The notes: generated by a model not told the origin, from the letters alone. Positions 1 through 13,047 are shown, counted from the whole stretch's first letter. The stretch is DNA of 63,817 bases, filler included, from Octopus bimaculoides (GCF_001194135.2; 4 parts of 4 records of this genome joined end to end with filler, not necessarily neighbours in it), one strand, 5' to 3'. Numbers and translations: made by a program.

Positions 1-370
1 ATATACATATATATATACATATATATACATATATATATATATATACATACATATATATATACATATATATACATACATATATATACATATATATATACAT
101 ATATATACATACATATATATACATATATATATGTATATATATATATATATATATACATATATATATACATACATATATATACATATATATACATATATAC
201 ATACATATATATACATATATATACATATATACATACATATATATGTACATATATATACATATATACATACATATATATGTACATATATACATACATATAT
301 ATATACATACATATACATATATAAAAATATATATACATACATATACACATACATATATATACATACATAT

Positions 371-412
<42 letters not shown>

Positions 413-583
413 GTATACATATACATACATATATATATATATATATAAATACATCTATAAATACACACAGACATATAGAGAGAGAGTGGGAGAGAGATAC
501 AGCATACATATAAGCATGTATATATATATGCGCGTTTATATATATATATATACATATATATATGCCCGCCTCATTCCCTGTAA

Positions 584-617
<34 letters not shown>

Positions 618-660
618 GCACACATCGAATACCTATAGATATATATACATATAATTATAT
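1..660. repeat. (TA)n/(TACA)n compound microsatellite; similar arrays flank most gaps and occur at 20.7-21.1, 25.3-26.3, 46.2-46.8, 54.6-56.2 and 57.8-58.1 kb
   Basis: Directly visible. Confidence 0.97.
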
Positions 661-784
661 CTATATAACACATACGTATATAATGAATACGGAACATTTG
701 TACATTAAATATATGTGTATACTTATATATCTATCTATTCGTGTTGGTGTGTGTCACTCTCAGATATATACATCAATACGAAAA

Positions 785-991
785 AGGGAAACATGTTGAT
801 CTTATGAGGAACCTCCATTCTCAGTGGCTACCGAATGTCAAACTTAAAGCGGAGTTTTAGGCAATCCAACGCCACTACACGATGAAGATTCGCAGTACTT
901 CATCTGCTGCACCGTGGCTGAAGTTAAAAGAATTGAACATCTACTTCTCAGAGTGAAGATGTGAAGAATACACAGTTTAATAAGCACACAC

Positions 992-1042
<51 letters not shown>

Positions 1043-1565
1043 NNNNNNNNNNNNNNNNNNNNNNNNNNNNNNNNNNNNNNNNNNNNNNNNNNNNNNNNNN
1101 NNNNNNNNNNNNNNNNNNNNNNNNNNNNNNNNNNNNNNNNNNNNNNNNNNNNNNNNNNNNNNNNNNNNNNNNNNNNNNNNNNNNNNNNNNNNNNNNNNNN
1201 NNNNNNNNNNNNNNNNNNNNNNNNNNNNNNNNNNNNNNNNNNNNNNNNNNNNNNNNNNNNNNNNNNNNNNNNNNNNNNNACTAATTTGAGGATTGATATT
1301 TATACCAACCACTGAGCTGGACGCCACTGCATTGTACCAAAGATTCCATCTGGAGTAAACACCCAATACCGTAACAAAGTCAGGTTTTAAAGGCCCATAG
1401 CTTTTCAATACTTTGCTAAAAAAATCTTAGAAATCTATGAGGTGCAGATGTGAATGTGTTCGAAGCATAATTAGACATTTTTTCAGAAATAACAAATGAA
1501 CCGACATCACGCCAAGAAATGCAAATAAGGGTAGCTTTGTCCAACTCAGTGCTTTGCCAGAACCA
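785..1565 (+). mobile_element. Degraded CR1/L2-like LINE ORF2 3' end, interrupted by (TA)n and a gap
   Basis: AIQRHYTMKIRS...LKELNIY..., then after the gap GRHCIVPKIP...GFKGP*LFNTL.KNLRNL...NEPTSRQEMQIR..SNS. Confidence 0.55.
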
Positions 1566-2344
1566 CTTCTGAAGAGTGGGCTGTGAAGTGAGTTTGAAAT
1601 GAACCTACAATTACACTAATGGCAGTACTCAGCATGGCCATATATATATATAAAAAAATGTGTGTGTACACAGAGATAGATAGATAATCAGCACGCTGTA
1701 TATCATAAATATGTATTTATGTGCGTGTCTGCGTGTGTATATTCGATACATCTTGACTTTACTGCGACAAGAATTGCTCACGGTCCCGTCCGCACACGCA
1801 ACACACACTTTTTCACACGCATATATATACATGCACACACACACACATGTTATGAGATCTATTTTTCTGTTTGCATCACCAAACCTGTGCGTGTGTGCGT
1901 GCGTGCGTGCGTGTGTACCACGAGCTTAAAATATCTCGTGAAAGTTGTCATGTACGAGTCGGAACTTCACTTCAATGCAAAAGTTTCGGCTCCACAAAAG
2001 ACAAAAATAATGAAAAATATCAAATTAATTTTCTCCTATTTACTCACATCAAGGGCAAAATTGACAGCATGGCATTAAAAATGAGCTGTAATGTAGAAAA
2101 TGGGGTCGTATTATACTCGAAATCGCAATGTGCTCGAGTAAATACAAAATCATTTGTGTCAGCAAGGAGCATGCCATGACTAAAAATACCTCTTCGTTTT
2201 GGAGTGTATTTTACTTTTATTCTTCAAGCATGGCTGCATAGCAACGAAATTTCCATTGCAATCACGTGGACCATATTCACTGAGATAAGTTGAGAAAAGT
2301 ATCAAACTATATTCATTCAGACACACATTACATAATACAAAGTT

Positions 2345-2740
2345 CCAAGAAGTTTCTCATTGATGCCCAGAGATACAGCATCAGCGATGTTTCTAGGGAC
2401 TCAACAGGGTTTCAGGTCTTCCCACATAAAATTTTTTCGCCTAGTTGACCCACCCGAGGTTGATTAAGTCCCAGCTGGTATGCCTTCATTATCCAAAACC
2501 ATCTAGCGGTCTTCTCTGCAACTACAGTGATAGAATGTATGGTCCTCATCTTTGTTGCACCAGTAACTCCAAGCCCAGTCAGAGCTTTGCAGAAGGAAAG
2601 CCCCACAAAACCTTCGCAACTCATTTCTATTGCCTATCAACGTGCATTTTAACCTTCGTTCCTGCATTACTCTACCAACTCCTGATATTTGGTAAGCCTC
2701 CTCTCATGAACCTCCACCATGTGTTCTTCCCAAGGTAAGA
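2345..2740 (-). mobile_element. 3' end of a non-LTR retrotransposon with a restriction-like endonuclease (HERO/R2-group-like)
   Basis: Minus-strand translation across stops: ERRLTKYQELVE*CRNEG*NAR**AIEMSCEGFVGLSFCKALTGLGVTGATKMRTIHSITVVAEKTARWFWIMK. This matches the ERK..KY..L..C...GW...PVEVGCRGF...AE.ASRWLW pattern as recalled. A 3'UTR-like AAGACCTGAAACCC...ACATCGCTGATG follows. Confidence 0.62.
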
Positions 2741-4084
2741 ACGCACACAGATTTTACTCGCGTATAACTAGCACTATTTCATACGTGGTTTTAACTATAA
2801 AAAACTGGAGTGCAACATATACACGTGTAGATGCGATATATATATATTTATAACTGGGACCGTGTATTTGAATGCGTTCGATACAACAACGTCATTTAAA
2901 AGAAGACCAAGTTGATGAAATTGAACTTTTAACTTAGCCAATCAGTAAAATGTGGAAGTACAGTCGCCATAATCAACTAAAAATACTTGAAAGCGATGCC
3001 CCACCGTAGCCGCAACCTAATGACGGAACCCATCTAAAAGAATAAAAACCACGTCACTCACACGCAAGTTTGACTCAGAAACGCGTTCACTAATTGCGTT
3101 AGGTACCTGTGTAGTCGGGAGCAGACAGACAACTCTCTCTCTCCACCCTCTTTTGAACCAGCAGAAGAATAAGGATTTAACACCCACACTTTAGATACCA
3201 ACCCGTCTGAGGCCGCCTCTGGTTCCATGATACAAAATTTCTGTTTTTAAGTTATTTGAACTAAAAGGTTCCATCAAAATCGTATGTAAATTTAAGTTCC
3301 AAACATTAGCTTAATGGCAACGTTGTTTTACAAAATTATTTATTATTTTCAAAATAAACTGAAACACAGCGTATTTCATTAAGAATAATGATAACAAAGA
3401 GTTAACTGGTGCTTATTCCAGTTGAGTAGACTGGAGTAATGTGAAATGATGTATACTGCAGGAAAAAAAAAAAAAAACACAAAGTGTCGCTCCGTCCAGG
3501 AATCGAACCTCAGACCATATGATCGTGAGCCCAATACAGTTAATGCCTTTACTATATGGAAAAAAATGGAAGTTAAAAAAAAAAAACACTATCTAGTTGT
3601 ACAACGTTGACAATGTCCTTTTCTAAATTAAAACTGTACGTATGATTTGATGGAGAGATTTTGCTGTTATTTCTAGCCTATCACTCGACTGCATAAGAGC
3701 TCTACCGATCATATTGACTAGCAACAGAATAACAACAGTAAAAGTTTATAACACATCGCTTCACCCATCTAATATGCTAGCGAATTTAAACTCCACACGT
3801 GTGCACACGTCTGCACGCTTTAATGCACACGGTTTACGTGGACGTTTACATATAATAACACACAGACAGACCGCTGCTGTACATGTGCATACAGACATAT
3901 ACGCACACACAGACATACATCTGCACACAGAAAACCCTCCACAGACACGAATCGAAGATTGTTGCTGCTGTTCGTTTTGTTGTTGTTCAAGGCTTTTTTT
4001 TTTATGTTCAAACTAACCTATGAGCAAACGCGTTCTAGGTTCGAAAACCCAGTTCTCTTAACAGGTAGTAACTTCTTATTTTTC

Positions 4085-4280
4085 ACTTGTTTCAGTCATT
4101 GGACTGCAAATATGCTGGGGTACCACCTTAAGGGGTTTAGTCGAACAAATCGACTCCATTGCTGATTGTTTTATAGTCTAGTATTTATTCTAATGCTCTC
4201 TTTTGCTGAACCGCTAAGACACAGGGACGTAAACAAAGCAACGCCGATTATCAAGCGGTGGTGGGGGATAAACACAGAGA
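4085..4280 (-). mobile_element. SINE family B, 3' half
   Basis: Tail TTGTTTCAGTCATTGGACTGC...CCGCTAAG...GACGTAAAC. Confidence 0.7.
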
Positions 4281-4281
4281 T

Positions 4282-4316
<35 letters not shown>

Positions 4317-4576
4317 NNNNNNNNNNNNNNNNNNNNNNNNNNNNNNNNNNNNNNNNNNNNNNNNNNNNNNNNNNNNNNNNNNNNNNNNNNNNNNNNNNNN
4401 NNNNNNNNNNNNNNNNNNNNNNNNNNNNNNNNNNNNNNNNNNNNNNNNNNNNNNNNNNNNNNNNNNNNNNNNNNNNNNNNNNNNNNNNNNNNNNNNNNNN
4501 NNNNNNNNNNNNNNNNNNNNNNNNNNNNNNNNNNNNNNNNNNNNNNNNNNNNNNNNNNNNNNNNNNGATAGACCGC

Positions 4577-4614
<38 letters not shown>

Positions 4615-4825
4615 ATTATATAACTTCATTCGACAAAGGGGTTTCTGAGACTGGTATGGAGAGGAGAGGGTTGGCCGAGAGCTGAAGTTTCCGACCAAAC
4701 TCGGAGGTTTGGAACCTGAATGCTTGCATTCAAAGAGAATGAATGGTGGGTTGCGAATTCTTGTCTACGAAAAGGCGGCATTGGTGCAAAACGGGGCCGA
4801 CGGATAAACTAATGTTTACTAGACA

Positions 4826-4939
4826 AAGCATGGGCAACCTTTTTCGAGAATCGGGCCGCTGGAGATGTGACTCATCATCAGACGATTTTTCGTTAGTGTT
4901 CCATTCTGAAAGTCCCGCGGATCGCAGTTTGCCCATGAC
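4826..4939. mobile_element. Possible tiny degraded hAT-like MITE
   Basis: CATGGGCAACCT ... AGTTTGCCCATG inverted ends with GGGCCGC/CCGCGG subtermini; no convincing TSD. Confidence 0.35.
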
Positions 4940-4954
4940 AAAATTAAACAGTTA

Positions 4955-5370
4955 TTTTCATCATCACCATCATCATAGTCTACTCCAGCAACGATGACCT
5001 TGGTAGTGATGAGGAACCAAGCAACAACTACTACCACTACTCTTATTACTACTTGCAAGAAAGTAGTGGCGGTGATAAAACCCAGCGACGAATTAAGTCT
5101 GCTACACATCATCATTATCATCACTATCATAGGTCATCTCAAAGTTGTAATGGTAGCGGTGGTGATGGTGGTGGTGGTGGGGAAATTAAGCAACTGCTAC
5201 AACTACTAGTACTTGGAAGAAAGTAGTGGGGAGGGGTTCTGCTAAAAGGAGGTGGTGGTGATAAAACAGAGCGACGACGAATTAAGACCGCCACACATCA
5301 TCGTCGTCATCATCATTGGTAAGCTCAAAGTTGACCTGGTGAAGGTGGGGAAACCAAGCAACTACTACTG
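4955..5370. repeat. Diverged ~160-bp tandem repeat, about 2.5 units
   Basis: ACTTG(C/G)AAGAAAGTAGTGG at 5051 and 5211; GGTGATAAAAC..AGCGACGAATTAAG, CTCAAAGTTG and GGGGAAA..AAGCAACT.CTAC each repeated. Confidence 0.75.
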
Positions 5371-5689
5371 ATAGACAGACAGACAAACAGACAGACGACG
5401 TTAAGAAAAAAATATATATAATAAAAGAATCAACGATAGGAATAATATTCCTGCAGAAATGCCAATGCTAAGAAGCGTTGTGTTGCTAACCGGCGCTGCT
5501 TGGTTTTTTTTTTTTAAAGTGTATACTTCTTGTCTTGGTATATAAATACATACATTCACTCACATTCAAACCTGACACTATGTATATATGAGGGCGAGAA
5601 AAATAGTTTACCGTCCTCGCAATCATCATCACCAACAGATGGAGACGCGATATTGAGAAACACGTTTCAACGTAGTCATTCGTCTTCCG

Positions 5690-6260
5690 AGAAATAGCAA
5701 CCAATTACTCTCAAATTCCACACCCCCACCTACTGCCTCAAAAAGACGAGACGAGGACAACGTCTTCTCGACGTGGTTTACAGGTCCTCCTAGAAATAGC
5801 TGCCAAATTTCTCTAAAATTACACAATTTCCCGCCTTAGAAAAATAAAATAAAATAAAAAGAGGAGCATTCATAGAATGGTCACGGTTGGAATACCTTTG
5901 AGTATAAGTTTGCTTGATCAGGTTTTGAGCTTGAGATAAACAACAAAGTCTACTGTTTTCTCAATCATAATGATCACCACCACCAGAACCACTACCTACA
6001 CTCAGACGAACTAACCAAGAGAGAGAGAGACTGTATAAGGTCATTTGATTTGCGAAAAATAACAACCAAATCACTCTCAAACCACACACTCCCTGCTCTC
6101 TTCAAAATAAGAAAAACAGACTGGATAATGTAGGCTCAGACAGTATTATATCTGAAAATAAAAATAGAAAAAAAAAACAGGATAGTCATGGCTGGAACAG
6201 TTTTAATCATTGGTCTGCTCTGCTCTGCTTGATCAGGGTTGACCTGAGTGCTAAGCGACA
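5690..6260 (+). repeat. Cluster of a fourth dispersed repeat family (CTAGAAATAGC.GCCAAAT.TC.CTCAAA ... GGTCATGGCTGGAA ... GATCAGGG)
   Basis: The motif recurs at ~5690, 5790, 6050, 7020, 8065, 31900 and 45205, and inverted at ~3655, 8700, 9425 and 22505. Confidence 0.55.
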
Positions 6261-6474
6261 TTTAAACCCCGCCAAACGCACACACGCACACTTCGCACCC
6301 GGATGATGCAGCAGAACATAAAGAAGGCCTGAAGTTTTTGATGGTACATATTTTTCTCGAACCCGAAAGGATGAAAGGCAAAGTTAATCCCGACAGAATT
6401 TGAACTCAAAAGCTAAAGAGCATCTGGGTTTCATATCAATCTTATTGTCTCTTCCCTTTTTCAAGACGTTAGAG

Positions 6475-6743
6475 CAGTGGTTCTCAACTGGGGGTCCATA
6501 TGGCCTTTGGGGGTCCATAGAAGATTTTGTGGAAATTTATGTGTAATAAATTGGTTATACTTCTACAATGCACAAAACATTTTAACAATTTTTTTATACA
6601 ATTCCTAAAAATATTTAATTATAAAAATATAACAGGATTTCTTAGACATCGAATTGCTATGAGGGTCCACTCGAGTAAAATAGGAATCAAAGGGGTCTAT
6701 AGGCAAAAAAAAAAAAAAAAAAAAAAAAAGCTGAGAACCACTG
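6475..6743. mobile_element. hAT (Charlie-like) MITE, 269 bp
   Basis: TIRs CAGTGGTTCTCAAC / GCTGAGAACCACTG; 8-bp TSD CGTTAGAG / TGTTAGAG (7/8 identical). Confidence 0.88.
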
Positions 6744-7149
6744 TGTTAGAGTGTGATTTGGGGAAAATATTTTGCCTGTTATTTCGAACGACTGCTAGAA
6801 ACAACAGCCACGTAAAAAGACTCATTCATTGATTGGCTCGTTAAGTTCTTGTCTGTGTGTATGTCCATGCGTGTATGTGTATTTGTGAGTGTGTGTGTGG
6901 AGGGTTTGCACAAAATTGATTCCGACCTCATCAATAAGGTCAGACATACACAGTCTGAACGTTTAGCAACATTACTACACCAAACCACACCACACCATTG
7001 CGAGCCAATGAGCGACTATCTATAATAACATTGATTTGCTAGAAATAGTCATCTAAGTCTCCTCATATCACACCCTAGTGTCTGCTTTGGTTTCTTTTAT
7101 TATTATTTTATTATTATTTTTTGCTGCATTTGTTTTAGTCTTTTGTGTT

Positions 7150-7355
7150 TTACTTGTCTCAGTCATTGGATTTCGGCCATGCTGGAGCACCGTCTTGATG
7201 GATTTTAGTCGAATAAATCAACCCTGATACTTATTTTTTAAAGTCTGATTCTAATTATAGCTGTCACTTTTGCCAAACCGGTTTGTTACAAAAGACGTAA
7301 ACAAACCAACGCTGATTGTCAAGCGGTGAAGGGAAGACAAACATAAACGCACATT

Positions 7356-7398
<43 letters not shown>

Positions 7399-7562
7399 AC
7401 AGGCTTACATGAATTTCCGTCTATCAAATCCACTCACTATATCTCTACGCCTTCTCACTATATCTTCTATTACAGCCCGGGGCAATAGTAGAAGACATTG
7501 GCCAAGGTTCCATACAGTGGGACTGAACCCAGAACCATGTAGTTGAGAAGTAAACTTCTTGG
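7150..7562 (-). mobile_element. SINE family B
   Basis: Reverse-complement match to head, body and tail of 36081-36485. Confidence 0.8.
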
Positions 7563-7607
7563 CTTTCGCAAGCCCTCCGGGAGGATCATGAGTAGAGCAC
7601 AGACATA

Positions 7608-7821
7608 CGAGGTGCTGAAAAGTTCCTGGCTTTGGTTAAAAGAAAATAAAGGAAGATCAGTTAATTATGATTTTATTCAACATATTCCCCTCTCAAATTC
7701 ACTCACTTATTGCAGCGGTACTTCAGTTTTTCTAAGCCCTGTTAAAGAACTCGGATGGATGGGCCTCCAACCAGGCCTTTCGCGATACCCTTAAAGCCAG
7801 GAACTTTTCAGCAGCCCCTCG
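7608..7821. mobile_element. Mariner-type MITE, 214 bp, TA TSD
   Basis: TA|CGAGGTGCTGAAAAGTTCCTGGCTTT ... AAAGCCAGGAACTTTTCAGCAGCCCCTCG|TA. Confidence 0.88.
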
Positions 7822-8289
7822 TAGTCAGTTGATATGCTAGAAATAGTAATCAAATCATCCTGTTGTGTTTTTTTTTTAATTACAAGTAGACATTGGATGA
7901 TATAGTTCTTATTACATACTGGTGTCAACGGGTAGAATGTTTTTGCCTTTAAATCTGTTCGATGAGGAGTAACCAAAGATTAAGTACCATAAAAGCAGCT
8001 ATTAAGATACACCAGACTACACCACCATCGCTAGGGGAACATCTGTGTAGTAACACAAAGCGCTAGAAATCATAGCCAAATTTTCAAATTTAAAACCTTG
8101 TCATATTAACGTGAGGGCACAATTGACAATGTTAAGTACACGAAATACAATAAGTCGCGATGGTCACGTTTTGGATTATTTTGCTCGACCAGGGTACACA
8201 TGGGGTTCAATAACGAAAACACGGTATACCAGTTGGTCCTTCCTCATGTACTTTGGTGTTTAATCTCAGGCCTCATACATACATATGCT

Positions 8290-8580
8290 TGCTCCCCAAC
8301 CACGTGGACTTGGGTTCAGTCCCACTGTGGAACCTAGGGCAAGTGTTTCCTATTACAGCCCCGGGCCGACCTGGTAGATGGAAATTGAAAGAAACTCGTC
8401 GTGTAAAAACATACATACGTGTGCATGTGTGTATTGTTTGTCCGACACCACCGCTTGACAGCCGGTATTGTTTTGTTTATGTCCCCTAACTTAGCGATTT
8501 TACAAAGGAGGCCGCTAAAAGTACTGGGGTCGATTTGTTTGAACACTTTAATGTGATACCCCAGTATAGGGCACCGCCTT
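8290..8580 (+). mobile_element. SINE family B, internally deleted
   Basis: GGGTTCAGTCCCACTG...GGGCAAGTG...TGGTAGATGGAAATTGAAAGAAA. Confidence 0.75.
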
Positions 8581-8754
8581 AAAGTGTTTAGTATTATTTA
8601 CAAATATATATATATATATATATATATGTACGTACATACATACATACAGACACACAGACAGATAGATAGATAGATATCTCGGGGACTACAGTATTCAATT
8701 TGGAGATTTGGCTACTATTTCTAACTTGACTACACTAAGTATTATACATCTTTT

Positions 8755-9090
8755 ACTTTTTACTGGTTTCAGTCATTGGACTGCGGCCATGCTGGGTCGC
8801 CGAACTGAAGGATTTTAAGTCGAACAAACCGATCCCAGCACTTTTTGCCGAACCGCTAAGTTATGGGAACGTAAACAAACGAACATCAAGTGTTAAGCGG
8901 GAAGAGGGGAAAACACAGACACACACGCACACACGACGAGATTCCACATAGCTTCTGTCCACCAAATTCACTCACAAGCTTTTGGTCACCCCCAGGTCTC
9001 TAACAGAAGACACTTGTCCAAGGTGCCGCGCAGTGGGACTGAACCCGAAAGCACGTGGTAGCAAAGCGAGCTTCTTAACCACACAGCTAC
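8755..9090 (-). mobile_element. SINE family B
   Basis: GTTTCAGTCATTGGACTGCGGCCATGCTGG ... CAGTGGGACTGAACCC. Confidence 0.8.
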
Positions 9091-9682
9091 CACACAAATC
9101 TGGGTAGATGATGATACATGTTAGCTTCAAGAGAATAAAAAAAGATGGTAGTGAAGAGTTTGAGATGGTGAAGAGGAAGGTGTGGTGGAAGCAGAATAAA
9201 ACTGTCCGGGTAATCGAAAAAAGAAAAAAATACACACACACACACACATGTAAACTGGAGTTTGTTGCTGTTGGTTAGCCCCAGATTAGCCCTTATCAAA
9301 ACATCTATAGGCAAAGGTGTTTCACCTATAAATAACCCTCATTTTGGAGGTGTTTTCGGGTATAGTGCACTCCAGACAACACTGAGCAATGTGAGTCTCC
9401 TTTTACGATGACAGAACTGTAAATTTCGGGGAATTTGGCCGCTATTTCTAACAGGTCGAGTGATCATGTAGAAAGAGAGAGAGAGAGAGAGGACGGAATC
9501 CGGGTCTGGATTGGATTTAGGCTTGATGCTACCCAAATCATGATAAAATACTTTTTCAGAAGCTGTCACAAAAATTGAAAACGAGTTGATGACTTTCAAT
9601 AATTTTGAGGTCGAAATCTGGATGTGAGACTAAATCTTTAGCTTCTGCTGAAATCCGGCTCTTGGAGGTAATACCTCATTTG

Positions 9683-9718
<36 letters not shown>

Positions 9719-9724
9719 CTTTTA

Positions 9725-9935
9725 TCTGTTACCTGTTTCAGTCATTGGCCAGAAGCCTAGCTAAGGCATTGCTTTAAAGGGTCTAGTCGAACAAATTGAC
9801 CACAATACTATTTCTTTTAGTCTGGTAATTATTCTATAAGTTGTAAACAAACCAACACTGGTTGTCGAGCGGTAGTGGGAGACAAACACGTGTATACACA
9901 CGCACGCCCGCGCGATGAGTTTCTTTCAGTTTCTG
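9725..9935 (-). mobile_element. SINE family B, 3' half
   Basis: CTGTTTCAGTCATTGG...TAGTCGAACAAAT...GTAAACAAACCAACAC. Confidence 0.65.
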
Positions 9936-9979
9936 TCTATTAAATCGCAAGATTTTGGATGGTTCTGTCACGAAAGTTG

Positions 9980-10250
9980 TAACGTTTAAACATAATCGGA
10001 GAGATGTGTTGGAGGAAGAGGAAACCATCTTCAGGTATGTTCCAGTGTCGGGCCAAAGATGTGAATGGGCCCGTGAGTACCCTAGAGGAGAGGAGGCAGC
10101 CATGTGAAAATATTTCAATGGAGGATGGGGCCTCGGTTCTTTGGTACAGCACATATGATATAGCTCTGATCGAAAGGATTAGATAACGAAATACTTGGGG
10201 TCATGACAGTGGGGAGATGTAGAGAAAGAAAATCATGTAGACGTAAAGGT
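9980..10250 (-). mobile_element. Possible very degraded CR1/L2-like 3' end
   Basis: TSLARHWNIPEDGF...MFKR loosely resembles the WNSLPEDVF...FK C-terminal motif. Confidence 0.3.
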
Positions 10251-10369
10251 TATGGCATATCTACACAACTGCGACCTACCGACTTTGTTTCTTCATAAAT
10301 TTCTGAAAAACTGATACTTTTGATGAAACTTTCTACAGATATATATATATATATATAGTTGTGTGTGTG

Positions 10370-10555
10370 TGTTCGTGTTTTCCCAACCAGTGTTCCTTTG
10401 TTTATGTCCTCGTAACCTAGGGCTCGGCAAAAGACACGGATGGACTAAGTACAAAGCTTAAAAAAGAAACCACAGGGGCCGATTTGTTCGACTAAATTCT
10501 TCGAGGTGGTACTCCAGTATGGCCGCAGTCCAATGACTAAAACAAGTAAAAGATA
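10370..10555 (+). mobile_element. SINE family B, 3' half
   Basis: GATTTGTTCGACTAAA...ATGGCCGCAGTCCAATGACT. Confidence 0.7.
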
Positions 10556-10898
10556 ACCGCTAAAAATTAAATATGTTTCATGCGGTGTAGATTATGATTA
10601 TATCGGAATTTGTGGCGAAAACTTTTTCGTAGGTGGACGAGATGTATTTCTAACAATTCACACATCTCGACTTTCGTTTCTTACCTCATACGTTTTAATG
10701 ATATAGATGACAGTTATGTTGAAACAAAATTACTTTTAAGGTCCTATCCTTGCAGAAATTTGTTAAACGAATATGTTTTTTTTTTTTTTTTTAATGAAGC
10801 TTTACAGGGCTATAGCGTACCAAACAGCAACANNNNNNNNNNTTCTTAAGATTTTAAAAATATACTCATTCAACAAATCCCAGTGGGTGGAATAATCC

Positions 10899-10929
<31 letters not shown>

Positions 10930-11849
10930 GTAATTTATATCATCATGACGTGAAAGTTATGAGGAAACAAGATCGACAAGCGTCAAATATTGCCCCCACT
11001 ACAAATTTTGACATAATTGCAATCTAAACATCTAAAACGTGTGTGTATGTGTAGAATATTCATTAACAAAATCTGTGTTTTAGTTCTTTTTCAGACAATT
11101 ATAAGGAAATAAAGTCAGGCGGGGGCACACTTATGTAGTTATACTCATGATTATATAATATAAACAGCTGTAAAAGATAACAAAAAAAAAAGGAAATAGA
11201 GTTGTGGTCAATAGCACGGTTTTGTGGATTAACTTTCATAGCAACGTGGATGTAAACAAGCCTTAACGACCTGTTGGTAATGTCTACAAAAACAACAACA
11301 AAAAGTAAACAGAAAAGAAAATACTACTATTACATGAATGTCACCAACCGAGTATGTAGGTCAGAGGACGAACACAGATGAGTGAGGGCACATGTCCTTT
11401 GACACTAAGGGCATTCAAATAAATGTAGGGCAGGGGCTTCTTGATTATTGGCAGCCCTGAAGTGGATCGTTTCAGATTTTTGTTTTTCGACACCATAACA
11501 ACAATAATTGTTTTTAATTTATAGCACAAGGCTAGCAATTTTCTTTTTTCTCTTTTCGTCTTCTTTGGGGGGGGGGCCATTACATCGATCCCAGAGCTCA
11601 ACTGGCACTCATTTTATCTACTCACGAAAGGATGAATAGCTAAGTCGATCCCAGCAGCATTTGAACGCAGAGCGTAAGGAACTGGAACAACAACAATAAT
11701 AATTTCTTTTATTTGCCACCAGAGTGAAAGATGGGGGGGGGGGGACAATGCAAAAACAATTTACTATTTGTGTGGGGGATGATGAGGGAAAGAAAAGGAT
11801 AGGTGAGGCTCCAGCATGGCCATAGTTTAATGACTGAAACAACTAAAAA

Positions 11850-12105
11850 AATAATAAGATAACTATACAAAATATGTGAACACATCTGTCAGGGACGTCT
11901 CCTGATAAAGGAGAACCCCCAACGAAGCAGGAGAGCTCTGACCGCCAAACTGTTGTTTCCATCTGCAGGCATATTGTTAGAGGACGCCTATTAACCCTCA
12001 CTATTTTTGCTCCTGTCACCCACCTTTTGAAAAATTCACTGGGTGAGAGCATTTCTTTCTCCACCCACACTTTCCTTTCCAAGTGGAACTTTAAAAAGGT
12101 CAATA
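11850..12105 (-). mobile_element. Tx1/L1-like LINE ORF2 extreme 3' end
   Basis: FLKFHLERKVWVEKEMLSPSEFFKRWV resembles the C-terminus of Tx1-clade ORF2 (R.E.....F..RW). Confidence 0.45.
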
Positions 12106-12124
12106 AGGGCTTGACCGAAGACGA

Positions 12125-12295
12125 AGAGAAGGATTAAGTCGATTATATCGACCCCAGTGCGTAAATGGTACTTATCCTGAAAGGATGAAAGGCAAAGTCG
12201 ACCCCGGCGGAATTTGAACTCAGAACGTAAAGAGCCGGAAGAAAAGCCGCAAAGCATTTTGTCCGACGGGCTAACGATTCTGCCACCTCCCCGCC
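12125..12295 (-). mobile_element. SINE family A
   Basis: GAAAGGATGAAAGGCAAAGTCGACCCCGGCGGAATTTGAACTCAGAACG. Confidence 0.82.
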
Positions 12296-12615
12296 CCAAA
12301 TAATTGCTAAAAATTTTGACACAAGGCCAGGAGTGGATTACTCAATGTCATCCACCTCAATACTTGACTGGTATTTTATTCTATCGATCTCCGAAAGCTA
12401 TCCTTCGAGCAGTGGCAATAGCAGTAGATTGCAAAGTAACGAATACACGATCCTACTTAGAAACAAAACAACTGGACTTGGCTGGCTACTTTCACTTTCG
12501 GTCAGCGCCGCTTGGTAAACAAGTAAAGTTTTACTTCGTGGTTAACAACAGAGCGAACGGCTGAAACGGGGGTGCGGTGGTAACGGGTAGCTACATGGAT
12601 ATATGAACACGCGGG

Positions 12616-12649
<34 letters not shown>

Positions 12650-12886
12650 CATAAAGTATACAAGCCTAAATATGTAAGCCATATAAAATTTTAAATAATT
12701 CGATGAGTAAAGTTGTAAACGCGCGCGAACACATACGCACAACACAAGACAGCTCGGTAGATATGAATGTAAGCAAATTTACATAGATTGGTAATTTTAA
12801 CTACATATGTTATTGACAGTGACTTCGAAATTTCGCCGACACATGTATATGCTTAGAGACTGGGATGTCAATAACTCCAAAGAACG

Positions 12887-12921
<35 letters not shown>

Positions 12922-13047
12922 ATAGATAAAGTCTGGATGCATAAGATAATACAAATAAACATGTTGATAAACAGTCAAATGGTAAGATAAACAGATATAT
13001 ATAACATATATGTATATTATATATATATAGAGATACGCAAAACAATA

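Noticed and set aside
131-638. Long YI/HT/CV-repeat ORFs here and throughout, including all X-containing ORFs of 100-480 aa
   Set aside because: They are translations of (TA)n, (CA)n or (TACA)n microsatellites and N gaps, and carry no coding signal.
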